NCBI GenBank assembly: GCA_016188785.1
Contig: JACPHD010000020.1
Coordinates: 3,306 to 67,305, forward strand
Direction: 5' to 3'
DNA: 64,000 bases
Origin: Parcubacteria group bacterium
GTDB lineage: Bacteria; Patescibacteriota; Patescibacteriia; Patescibacteriales; GWC2-42-12
Part shown: positions 36,129-44,234 of the stretch, piece after piece
Layout: each line of letters starts with the position of its first letter
How positions within the stretch are numbered: the stretch's first letter is position 1
Program-made: the position numbers and the translations under genes
The notes under the pieces: generated by a model
What the model saw: the letters and a program-made list of their open reading frames with translations, nothing else
The model's database searches: none
What the model was told of the DNA's origin: nothing

Positions 36129-36216
36129 CCCCACAAATCTACGAATTGGCTACAAATATTACAAATAATAAGAAGCCTCTATTTGTAGATTTGTAGTTGA
36201 TTTGTAGATTTGTGGG
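36129..36216. repeat. AT-rich tiled palindrome (ATTTGTAG words) between nusG and rplK
   Basis: CCCCACAAATCTACGAATTGGCTACAAAT ... ATTTGTAGATTTGTAGTTGATTTGTAGATTTGTGGG. Confidence 0.75.
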
Positions 36217-36217
36217 A

Positions 36218-36763
36218 TTATATTTTTTTAATCTGCAAAAAATCCAGTTCTACCGGTGTTTCCCGGCCGAACATGGCTACCGCGACCTTGATTTTACCCT
36301 TAGCTTCGTCAATGTCGGCCACCTTGCCTTCTAAATTTTTAAACGGCCCGTCAGTGATGCGCACCGGCGAGTTAACCGAAACATCAATTTTAAATTTAGG
36401 CTCTTCCACGCCCATCCGTTTTTGCAAATCTTTTATTTCGGCCTCAGAGATGGGCGTCGGGATGGTGCCGGTGCCGATAAAGCCGGTTACGTTCGGCGTA
36501 TTTCTAACCACGTACCAGGAATCGTCGTTAACGATCATTTCCACTAAAACATAGCCGGGAAAAATTTTTTCTTCAACGATTTTTCGTTTGCCGTTTTTAA
36601 TTTTAATTTTCTTTTCCGTGGGAATTAAAATATTATAAATTTTATTTTCCATGTCCATGGATTCAATTCTTTGCTTTAAATTTTGCGAGACGTTTTCTTC
36701 GTAGCCGGAATAAGTATGCAAAACGTACCAGCGCCGGCCTTGATTTAATGTTTGTTTAGCCAT
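36218..36763 (-). CDS. nusG: transcription termination/antitermination factor NusG
   Basis: 181 aa. WYVLHTYSGYE NGN domain and a KOW motif (VRITDGPFKNLEGKV). Confidence 0.95.
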   Translation of the reverse strand: MAKQTLNQGRRWYVLHTYSGYEENVSQNLKQRIESMDMENKIYNILIPTEKKIKIKNGKRKIVEEKIFPGYVLVEMIVNDDSWYVVRNTPNVTGFIGTGTIPTPISEAEIKDLQKRMGVEEPKFKIDVSVNSPVRITDGPFKNLEGKVADIDEAKGKIKVAVAMFGRETPVELDFLQIKKI

Positions 36764-36769
36764 ATGTGT

Positions 36770-36958
36770 TTACTTGTTTATAATTAAATACTCTAGGCCT
36801 TTGGTAAAAACCAGATCTAAAACTCCCAAAAATAAAGCCATGCCCAAGCTAATAAAGATTACCAGTAAAGTGTAATTATAGGTTTCTTTTTTAGTCGGCC
36901 AAGCGACTTTTTTCGTTTCTTCAATCGCGGCCTTTAGATAATTGATTATTTTATCCAT
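36770..36958 (-). CDS. secE: preprotein translocase subunit SecE
   Basis: 62 aa with a single C-terminal TM, KVAWPTKKET motif, and a position upstream of nusG. Confidence 0.85.
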   Translation of the reverse strand: MDKIINYLKAAIEETKKVAWPTKKETYNYTLLVIFISLGMALFLGVLDLVFTKGLEYLIINK

Positions 36959-37084
36959 ATCGTTCTATTAAAAAACAGCCCTGGCGGGCGGCATTTATTT
37001 ATGTTTATATATTACCTAATTGCTTAAAGGCTGTCAAGGGCTTGGTGAAATTAAGGGGAATGTGGTATAATATAAATATAAAAT

Positions 37085-37335
37085 TTCTAATTTTTTTAAT
37101 TGACCTAATTAAATCCCAATGTCTAATAAAATTCCAAATCACAAACGCCAAATCACAAACAAATTCAAAATAACAAAGCCTAAACGATATATTTATTTTA
37201 GATATTGGTAAATTAGAATTTTGATATTGTTTGTCATTTGTTATTTGTAATTTTAGAAATTTGCTTGGTCATTGGTCATTTAGATTTATGATTTAACTTA
37301 GAAATTAGGTAATTAGATATTTTAGAGATTAATTT
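37085..37335. repeat. AT-rich tiled repeat region (CAAATCACAAAC, TTACAAATAACAAAT-family words)
   Basis: Contains an inverted copy of the 35487/42917 word (GATATTGGTAAATTAGAATTTTGATATTGTTTGTCATTTGTTATTTGTAA) and tandem TCATTGG/AAATCAC words. Confidence 0.7.
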
Positions 37336-37338
37336 TTT

Positions 37339-37704
37339 ATGTTCTCAAATAGTTTCATTTTTTACAGCCTGCAAATTTTTATTGAACTAATTGGCGATGT
37401 TTTATATTTCCCCGTCTGGTGGTATTCGCGCGGGCTGTTAAATTTAATTATTGGCCTTAAAAATTTTTTGCTTGATAAGGAAAAAGCTTTGGCGCTGTTG
37501 GTCTGGATAAAAAATATTTTTAAGCCCATGTACGCCCAATATGATTGGCAGGGGATGTTAATCAGTTTTTTTATGCGGCTGGCGCAGATTATTTTCAGAG
37601 GCCTGATTATGCTGTTCTGGCTGGCTTTTTCTTTGGCCGTGATAATCGGCTGGATTTTGCTTCCGCTACTGGCGGTTTATGAAATAATTTTGCAATTAAT
37701 TTAG
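37339..37704 (+). CDS. hypothetical membrane protein
   Basis: 121 aa with 3 predicted TM segments. No motif was recognised. Confidence 0.5.
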   Translation: MFSNSFIFYSLQIFIELIGDVLYFPVWWYSRGLLNLIIGLKNFLLDKEKALALLVWIKNIFKPMYAQYDWQGMLISFFMRLAQIIFRGLIMLFWLAFSLAVIIGWILLPLLAVYEIILQLI

Positions 37705-37708
37705 TTGT

Positions 37709-37841
37709 GTCATTGCGAGCGACCGGAGGGAGAGAAGCAATCTCACGAATTAGGAGTTTAAACTAAAGTGGAAAATTTTATAGCAATTCGTCGTACGTGA
37801 GATTGCTTCGTCCCCCGCAGATGCGGGGTCCTCGCAATGAC
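37709..37841. mobile_element. MITE-like element with ~35-nt TIRs (GTCATTGCGAG..GAAGCAATCTCAC / GTGAGATTGCTTC..CTCGCAATGAC)
   Basis: 133 nt. The TIRs carry nested hairpins (CCCCGCAGATGCGGGG). The interior GGAGTTTAAACTAAAGTGGAAAATTTTATAGCAA is the reverse complement of the interior of the 41381-41505 copy. Confidence 0.75.
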
Positions 37842-37853
37842 ATACAATAAATA

Positions 37854-40610
37854 ATGCCCGAAGAAGCTAAGCCAAAAGACAAAACGCAATTTATAACTTG
37901 CCCGACTTGCGGCGGCGCCGGTAAAGCCGGCCCTGGTTCAGCTTGCAAAAATTGTTCAGGCGCGGGCGTGATCGCTTTTTTAGACGGGCGGTTTTTTTAT
38001 TGGAATTTGCCTTTAACCGTTCCGGCCATAAAGTTAAGGCATTTAAAAAAAGGTTTAAATTTAATTTTAAATTTATCCGCCTATATTATGGGGCTGATCG
38101 GACTAATGGCTCTGACTTATTGGGTTTGGGCGGCCGGCGAGAAGACGGAGACTTTAGCGGCCTTTTCTTTTTGGCGCGTAAAAAGTCCGTTGATTTTAAC
38201 TTTTTGGTTAAGCGCTTTGTCCGATATGTTCGTCGTCTATCGCTTAAGCCGGGAAGAAGCGGCTAAGCAGAAAATCATCAAACTTAAATATCAGGAAACG
38301 GCCGAATCTAATTTTCCTGACAATTGGTCTGAATTTAACAAAGTAAAAAGCAAATATAAAATCGAAGTTTCGGGCGGCTTCAGCCCGGCCGCGCTTAAGG
38401 CGGTTGAACAAGCTTTTAATTTAGCCGATCGCGCCAGGCAGGGCCGGGTCAGGCCGGTTCATTTGTTTTTCAGTTTATTTAAGTACCCGGCGGTAGCGGC
38501 GGTTTTTTCCCGCCTGAATATTGATTCGACCAAACTAATCGCTAAATTAAAAAATCAATTATTGGCCATAGGGGCCGGGACCGAGTCGACCGAAATATCC
38601 GCGGAAATTAAAGAAATTTTTCTGGCGGCCTATATCAGCGCCTTAAATTACGGGCAAAAAAAAGTTGAGCCGGTTAATTTTATTTTGCCGATTTTAGCCA
38701 GGGATAAAAATTTAAGTGAACTGCTTTACGATTTGGAAATTGACCATGATAAGATAAATAACGTTATCCAATGGTTTTTAATAAATGAGCGTTTGCTTGA
38801 TAATTACCGCCGCTACCGCCAGGCGGCCCGTTTTAAGCCAGGCCAAGCCATGGATCGCGCCTATACGGCCGTGGCCACGCCAATCTTAAATCATTTTTCT
38901 TATGATTTGACCTTGGCCGCTAAATGGGGCCGGCTGGAATTATCCGTGGGCCGGGAAGATGAAATCAAAGCCGTTTTTCAGGCGCTGGAAAGCGGTAAAA
39001 GCGGAGCGCTTCTTGCCGGGCCGCCGGGCGTGGGTAAAAATATGGTTATCTGGCAAATCGCGCGAGACATGGTAGAAGAAGATGTGCCAAAAATGCTAAC
39101 CGATAAACGACTTTTAGAATTAGACATAACGCGCCTTTTAAGCGGGGCTTCGGCGGCCGAGGCCGAACAAAGGCTTTTGGTTATAATTGATGAAGTGGTC
39201 CGCGCCGGCAATATTATTTTATATATTAACAATCTGGAAAATTTAACCGGCATTACGGCTGGCAACGAAGCCAGTCTGGAGCTGTCGGAAGTTTTAGCCA
39301 GCGCCCTGGGACGGCATAATCTTATTTGTTTAGCCAGCGTCAGCCAGGATAATTATGCCAAATATATTGAAAATAAGCCTTTGGGTAATATTATGGCTAA
39401 AGTGGAAGTTAGCGAGCCGGATAATAATTTAGCCATTCAAATGCTGGAAAGTAAAATCGGTTTTTATGAAGCCAAATTTAAAGTTTATTTTACTTACGAT
39501 AGTTTAGCTAAGGCCGTGGAATTATCGGCTAAATATATTTATGATAAATACCTGCCGGCCAAAGCGGTTGATATTTTAGAAGCGATCGCGGTTAAAGTTT
39601 CTCAAGATAAAGGACTAAATAGTTTAGTCGGCGTTGAGGACGTGGCGGCCATCGTCAGTCAAAAGACAAAAATTCCTTTGACCAAGATTACTCAGACCGA
39701 AAGCGAAGTTTTACTTAATTTAGAGGAAAAAATGCATAGCCGCATGATTGGCCAGGCCGAAGCCGTAACCATGGTGGCGGCCAGTTTAAGGCGGGCCCGG
39801 ACCGAACTTAGGGAAACTAACAGGCCGATCGCCAGTTTTTTATTTTTAGGTCCGACCGGCGTGGGTAAAACCGAATTGGCTAAAACCGTGGCTGAAGTTT
39901 ATTTCGGCAACGAGGATTATATGACGCGCTTGGACATGAGCGAATACCAGCGGCAGGAGTCGTTGGAAAAAATGATCGGTTCGCCGGACGACGTTTCCGG
40001 TTATTTAACCGAGGCCGTGCGTCAGGCGCCGTTTTCTTTAATTCTCTTGGACGAACTGGAAAAAGCGCATCCGGACATCTTAAATTTATTTTTGCAGGTT
40101 ATGGATGATGGCCGTTTGACCGACGGGCAGGGGCGGACGATCAATTTTACTAATTGCATTATTATCGCGACTTCCAATATCGGCGCGGTTTATATTCAGG
40201 AGCAAATTAAAGCCGGCGCCGCGATTGAACAAATTAAGCAATCGCTAATTAACGACCAGCTAAATAAATATTTAAGGCCGGAGCTGATAAATCGTTTTGA
40301 CGGCGTGGTGGTGTTTAAGCCTTTGGCTATGGAGGAAGTGGAAAAAATTACCGAGTTGATGTTAAATAAAGTTCGACGGCTGTTAGAAGCTAAAGGCATT
40401 GGCTTAAAATACGGCCAGCTGGCGGTTAAAAAAATAGCTGAACTGGGTTTTGATCCGAAATTCGGCGCGCGGCCTTTGCGCCGTTTAATCCAGGAAAAAA
40501 TTGAAAACCAAATCGCGGACAAGGTTTTGGCCGGCGAGCTTAAAAGGCGGGATACGGTCGTGATTGACGGCCAGGCGCTCGTGAGCGTGGAAAAGGGCAG
40601 AAAGCTCTAG
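37854..40610 (+). CDS. membrane-anchored Clp/Hsp100-family AAA+ ATPase with an N-terminal double CxxCxGxG zinc ribbon and a degenerate first AAA module
   Basis: 918 aa. CPTCGGAG and CKNCSGAG, two TM segments, and two Clp_N-like repeats. D1 has Walker A GPPGVGKN and Walker B position ILYINNLE (no D/E). D2 is intact, with GPTGVGKTELAK and LILLDELEKAH. Confidence 0.8.
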   Translation: MPEEAKPKDKTQFITCPTCGGAGKAGPGSACKNCSGAGVIAFLDGRFFYWNLPLTVPAIKLRHLKKGLNLILNLSAYIMGLIGLMALTYWVWAAGEKTETLAAFSFWRVKSPLILTFWLSALSDMFVVYRLSREEAAKQKIIKLKYQETAESNFPDNWSEFNKVKSKYKIEVSGGFSPAALKAVEQAFNLADRARQGRVRPVHLFFSLFKYPAVAAVFSRLNIDSTKLIAKLKNQLLAIGAGTESTEISAEIKEIFLAAYISALNYGQKKVEPVNFILPILARDKNLSELLYDLEIDHDKINNVIQWFLINERLLDNYRRYRQAARFKPGQAMDRAYTAVATPILNHFSYDLTLAAKWGRLELSVGREDEIKAVFQALESGKSGALLAGPPGVGKNMVIWQIARDMVEEDVPKMLTDKRLLELDITRLLSGASAAEAEQRLLVIIDEVVRAGNIILYINNLENLTGITAGNEASLELSEVLASALGRHNLICLASVSQDNYAKYIENKPLGNIMAKVEVSEPDNNLAIQMLESKIGFYEAKFKVYFTYDSLAKAVELSAKYIYDKYLPAKAVDILEAIAVKVSQDKGLNSLVGVEDVAAIVSQKTKIPLTKITQTESEVLLNLEEKMHSRMIGQAEAVTMVAASLRRARTELRETNRPIASFLFLGPTGVGKTELAKTVAEVYFGNEDYMTRLDMSEYQRQESLEKMIGSPDDVSGYLTEAVRQAPFSLILLDELEKAHPDILNLFLQVMDDGRLTDGQGRTINFTNCIIIATSNIGAVYIQEQIKAGAAIEQIKQSLINDQLNKYLRPELINRFDGVVVFKPLAMEEVEKITELMLNKVRRLLEAKGIGLKYGQLAVKKIAELGFDPKFGARPLRRLIQEKIENQIADKVLAGELKRRDTVVIDGQALVSVEKGRKL

Positions 40611-40647
40611 AAAATTACGAATTAGAAATTACGAATTACGAATTTTT
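40611..40647. repeat. heptamer tiling (ATTACGA/ATTAGAA) after the clp gene
   Basis: AAAATTACGAATTAGAAATTACGAATTACGAATTTTT. Confidence 0.75.
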
Positions 40648-40650
40648 CTT

Positions 40651-40849
40651 GTCATTCCCGCGCAGGCGGGAATCCAGGAGGGAGTGGTAGGAAGATTATT
40701 ATATATATGAAGATGGCCAGTATATAGAAATTGAACGCTATATAATATAAGATAATCCGGCTTGGCGTGATTTGTTTGTTAATATGCTATAAATAACAGT
40801 TGTACGTTTAATCCCTGGATTCCCGATAGCCTGCGGCTTCGGGAATGAC
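40651..40849. mobile_element. MITE-like element with hairpin-containing TIRs (GTCATTCCCGCGCAGGCGGGAATCCAGG / CCTGGATTCCCG..CGGGAATGAC)
   Basis: 199 nt. The left and right ends are reverse complements, and each end folds on itself. The interior is AT-rich and non-coding. Confidence 0.75.
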
Positions 40850-40940
40850 AAATAAATGACAAATAAGAGAAAAGGACGGCCTCATATAAATTTTAGAGGA
40901 GAAAATTTATATAAAGTCGTCCTTGGTTAAAGACTTGGGC

Positions 40941-41210
40941 TTAGTAAAAGGTTACTGAATTCAACCCTTCTATGCGGAGAAAAACATTTACCTCGCTGGA
41001 GTCAATGTACGGCATATTTTGTCCTATTTTTTTATAACATTTTACTTCTTTTACCGTTATTCCCATATTCCCCAGCCACTCGCGGGCAATGGTCTCAAAT
41101 TGATCTTTCATGGGCCAATGTTTTCGTTTAAGACCCAAAAAGGCAACAACCGACTGACCAGGAGAAAAGATCATCGGCTCCGACGGGTTAGACAAAAGAT
41201 AATTTTCCAT
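40941..41210 (-). CDS. hypothetical protein (orphan flanked by MITE-like elements)
   Basis: 89 aa. A strong SD (AAGGGGAG) lies upstream of the ATG. No motif was recognised. Confidence 0.5.
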   Translation of the reverse strand: MENYLLSNPSEPMIFSPGQSVVAFLGLKRKHWPMKDQFETIAREWLGNMGITVKEVKCYKKIGQNMPYIDSSEVNVFLRIEGLNSVTFY

Positions 41211-41380
41211 TTTTTCTCCCCTTAGATGAGCGATTTTGAAAAAGTTAATTGCCCATGTTCACCTTAATTTCACCTCCTTATTTTGTTTATTTTTAGGGAT
41301 TTAGTTTATCCATAAAGTTTGTTATAACCTAATTTTTTTAAAAAAGCAAGTTTAAATTGTGGATAAGTTTATACTAAGAT

Positions 41381-41505
41381 GTCATTGCGAGCGACCGGAG
41401 GGAGCGAAGCAATCCCACTAACAAAGAGTTGCAATAAAACTTTCCACTTTACTTTAAACTTCTTGTCCGTGAGATTGCTTCGTCGCTATCGCTCCTCGAA
41501 ATAAC
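41381..41505. mobile_element. MITE-like element of the GTCATTGCGAG family (right TIR degenerate)
   Basis: GTCATTGCGAGCGACCGGAGGGAGCGAAGCAATCCCAC ... GTGAGATTGCTTCGTCGCTATCGCTCCTCGAAATAAC. The interior matches the 37709 copy in inverted orientation. Confidence 0.7.
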
Positions 41506-41516
41506 AAAAAAATAAT

Positions 41517-42545
41517 ATGTCATTTTATTTTCAAATTTTTATAATTACTCTTCTCTTGTCGGCCGGATTGACTTGGCTGGTAATTAAGCTGGCCGTGAAA
41601 CTGAAAATTACGGATAAACCTGACCGAGACAGAAAAATTCACGCGCGGGAAACGCCGCTACTCGGTGGTTTAGCCGTGTTTTTAGCTTTTTTTATTGTTT
41701 TATATTTTACGCGAGGCGCTCTTTTGTCCGGCAATTTAGAGCCGCGGCATTGGCTGGGATTTTTTGTGGGCGCCGGTTTTTTAATGTTCGGCGGCTGGTT
41801 AGATGATAAATACAGTTTAAAACCAATCCAACAAATTATCTGGCCGGCGCTGGCGGTTGCCAGCATTATCGCCGGCGGCGTGCAAATTGAGAAAATCACC
41901 AATCCGTTCGGCGGCTATATTTATTTAGGCGCGGTTTCGGCCGGGCTGATCGCGGTCTGGCTTTTTGGTATGATGTACGCCACCAAACTCTTGGACGGTC
42001 TGGATGGTTTGGTTTCCGGCCTGACGGCTATCGGCGCTATAATAATTTTTTTATTTACCCAGACGGCGAAATATTATCAGCCGGATATCGGCTTGGCCGC
42101 TTTAATTTTAGCCGCCGCTTGTTCAGGCTTTTTAATTTTTAACTGGCAGCCGGCAAAAATATTTTTAGGCGAAGGCGGCTCGCTTTTTTTAGGCTACGCC
42201 CTGGGCGTGCTTTCAATCATCTCCGGCGGCAAAATCGCCATGGCTTTATTAGTTATGGGCTTGCCGGTTTTGGACCTGGCCTGGACTATCGTCAGGCGAA
42301 TCATGGCCGGAAAAAATCCTTTTAAATTCGCGGATAGAAAACATCTGCATTTTCGCCTGTTAAATCTTGGTTTAACCGTTAGAAAATCAGTTTTATTTTT
42401 TTACGCCATTTCTCTAATTTTTGGCTTAGCCGCCTTATTTTTACAAAGTAAAGGCAAGGCCTTGGCCTTAGCCGCTTTGGGCTTAATTATGATAGTGATA
42501 ATATTGTTATTTTATTATCTTGACAGAAAGAATAAAATGATTTAA
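41517..42545 (+). CDS. MraY/WecA-family polyprenyl-phosphate N-acetylhexosamine-1-phosphate transferase
   Basis: 342 aa with ~10 TM segments. DDKYSL, KLLDGLDGL and NWQPAKIFLGEGGSLFLGY motifs. Confidence 0.85.
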   Translation: MSFYFQIFIITLLLSAGLTWLVIKLAVKLKITDKPDRDRKIHARETPLLGGLAVFLAFFIVLYFTRGALLSGNLEPRHWLGFFVGAGFLMFGGWLDDKYSLKPIQQIIWPALAVASIIAGGVQIEKITNPFGGYIYLGAVSAGLIAVWLFGMMYATKLLDGLDGLVSGLTAIGAIIIFLFTQTAKYYQPDIGLAALILAAACSGFLIFNWQPAKIFLGEGGSLFLGYALGVLSIISGGKIAMALLVMGLPVLDLAWTIVRRIMAGKNPFKFADRKHLHFRLLNLGLTVRKSVLFFYAISLIFGLAALFLQSKGKALALAALGLIMIVIILLFYYLDRKNKMI

Positions 42546-42555
42546 GATAATTTTT

Positions 42556-42858
42556 ATGATAGCAGTGATTAAAACCGGTGGCAAGCAATACAAAGTCGCG
42601 GTCGGGCAAAATTTAAAGATTGAAAAAATTGACGCCCAAGTCGGCGCGGTTTTAAAGTTTCCAACTTTGCTTACGGCCGAAGCGGAAGAGGTTAATTTAG
42701 GCAAGCCTTATTTAGGCGAGATAGTTGAGGGCCGGGTTTTAGAGCAAGGCAAGGGCAAAAAAATCAGCGTGGTAAAGTTTAAAAATAAAACCAGGTATAA
42801 AAGAAATGTCGGCCATCGGCAGCCGTTCACGAAAGTAGAAATAACTAAGATTGTATAA
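42556..42858 (+). CDS. rplU: 50S ribosomal protein L21
   Basis: 100 aa. IAVIKTGGKQYKV...FKNKTRYKRNVGHRQPFTKVEI. Confidence 0.95.
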   Translation: MIAVIKTGGKQYKVAVGQNLKIEKIDAQVGAVLKFPTLLTAEAEEVNLGKPYLGEIVEGRVLEQGKGKKISVVKFKNKTRYKRNVGHRQPFTKVEITKIV

Positions 42859-42985
42859 AATTAGAAATTTAAAATGTAAATATCAAAATGAAAAATGACA
42901 AGGCAAAATTTAAAATTACAAATAACAAATTTCAAACAATCTCTAAATTCTAATTTGCTAATTTCCAAAAAAACTTAATTTTTTA
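42859..42985. repeat. AT-rich tiled repeat between rplU and recR
   Basis: Contains TTACAAATAACAAATTTCAAACAATCTCTAAATTCTAATTTGCTAATTTC, which is near-identical to 35487-35536. Confidence 0.8.
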
Positions 42986-43597
42986 GTATTTGTTATTTAG
43001 AATTTGTTTGTTCCTATACTTTAGCGCGTTAGTCAGGGTAATTTCGTCCGCGTATTCTAAATCCGCGCCCATGGGCAGGCCCTTAGCTAAGCGGGTGATT
43101 TTTATTTTATGTGATTTTAATAATTTAGTCAGATACATAGAAGTAGTTTCGCCTTCAAGATCAGGATTAAAAGCCAAAATAACTTCTTTGGCGCTAGTTT
43201 GTTTTAAATGGTTTAATAGGGCCTTAAGATTTAACTGCTCCGGTTTTATGCCTTCAATCATATTTATGACTCCGCCTAAAATATGATAGACGCCGTTATA
43301 TTGCTTAGTAGCTTCAATGGCTAACATATCCCGCGTGTCCGCGATTAGGCAGATGATAGACTGATTTCTTTTCGCGTCAGAGCAGATTGGGCAAGGGTTA
43401 GATTCGGCTATGGCTAAACAGGTTTCGCAAACTGTGGTTTTTTCTTTAACTTCGGCCAGAGCTTGAGCGAATTGCTGCAGCCATTCAGCGTGCTGGCTTA
43501 ATAAATAAAAAACATAGCGCTCGGCCGTTTTAGGGCCGACGGTCGGCAGCTTGGAAAAATAATTTATTAGATTTTGGATAGAAGTGGGATAACGCAT
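42983..43597 (-). CDS. recR: recombination protein RecR
   Basis: 204 aa. LPTVGPKTAERY HhH motif, a C4 zinc finger (CETC...CPIC), and a Toprim domain. Confidence 0.95.
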   Translation of the reverse strand: MRYPTSIQNLINYFSKLPTVGPKTAERYVFYLLSQHAEWLQQFAQALAEVKEKTTVCETCLAIAESNPCPICSDAKRNQSIICLIADTRDMLAIEATKQYNGVYHILGGVINMIEGIKPEQLNLKALLNHLKQTSAKEVILAFNPDLEGETTSMYLTKLLKSHKIKITRLAKGLPMGADLEYADEITLTNALKYRNKQILNNKY

Positions 43598-43800
43598 AAA
43601 AAAATGACAAATGACTAATTTCTAATGACAAATCAATGTCAAAATCCCCGGCCCGCCTCGCGTTAAATATATTACTGATAATTACTCATTAGCATCTACT
43701 GAACAACTTAAATTGATAGACAAGTTAACGGCGAGCGGGGCAGGCCAAATGTCAAAAAATATTTTTAAATTTGTCATTTGTCATTGGAAATTTGTCATTC
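43598..43800. repeat. long composite palindrome between ybaB and recR
   Basis: AAATGACAAATGACTAATTTCTAATGACAAAT...CCCCGGCCCGCCTCGCGTTAA pairs with TTAACGGCGAGCGGGGCAGGCC...ATTTGTCATTTGTCATTGGAAATTTGTCATT. The interior is ~60 nt. Confidence 0.7.
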
Positions 43801-44065
43801 CGCTTAGTCCGCCCATTTCCTGTACCTTTTTAGCCATTAGCTTTTGCGCCCGTTTGATAGTTTCGTTAACGGTCTGGGTTAAAATATTTTCCAGATTGCC
43901 GTTGCGCGTCTCGGCGTTTATGGTCAGCTTGGTAATTTCCAGATTGCCGTTCATGGTTATTTTAACGCCATTTTTTTCATATTCAACCGATTCCAGCGCT
44001 AAAGCGTTTTGCAGAGTTTTGGCTTGATTTCTTAAGTCTTTAAATTGTTTTAATTTGTTAAACAT
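43781..44065 (-). CDS. ybaB: YbaB/EbfC-family nucleoid-associated protein
   Basis: Start trimmed to MFNKLKQFKDLRNQAK (ATG at 44065). The 19 codons upstream of that ATG in the track ORF derive from a repeat element. The gene is 94 aa and lies upstream of recR. Confidence 0.85.
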   Translation of the reverse strand: MFNKLKQFKDLRNQAKTLQNALALESVEYEKNGVKITMNGNLEITKLTINAETRNGNLENILTQTVNETIKRAQKLMAKKVQEMGGLSGMTNFQ

Positions 44066-44075
44066 AATGAGTATT

Positions 44076-44224
44076 GTCATTGCGAGCGACCCCGCATCTG
44101 CGGGGGAGCGAAGCAATCTCACGGATGTCTTGTAAGTATGATGGTGGTAATATTTTAGTGAAAAGTCGTTGTTTGTGAGATTGCTTCGTCGCTTCCGCCT
44201 GCTGGCGGAGCTCCTCGCAATGAC
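44076..44224. mobile_element. MITE-like element of the GTCATTGCGAG family
   Basis: 149 nt. GTCATTGCGAGCGACCCCGCATCTGCGGGGGAGCGAAGCAATCTCAC ... GTGAGATTGCTTCGTCGCTTCCGCCTGCTGGCGGAGCTCCTCGCAATGAC. Confidence 0.8.
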
Positions 44225-44234
44225 AATTAATTTT

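Noticed and set aside
33602-36554. Plus-strand ORFs opposite dCMP deaminase (33602-33979), rplA (34856-35194), rplK (35596-35901) and nusG (36210-36554)
   Set aside because: The opposite strand encodes unmistakable conserved proteins, so these are antisense shadow ORFs.
36959-37338. Possible ncRNA gene (tRNA-Trp is often found upstream of secE) or a promoter-driven sRNA in the 380-bp gap
   Set aside because: No cloverleaf or other recognisable RNA fold was found. The region is filled with AT-rich tiled repeats. A TGGTATAAT extended -10 at 37063-37071 exists but has no convincing -35 or defined product.
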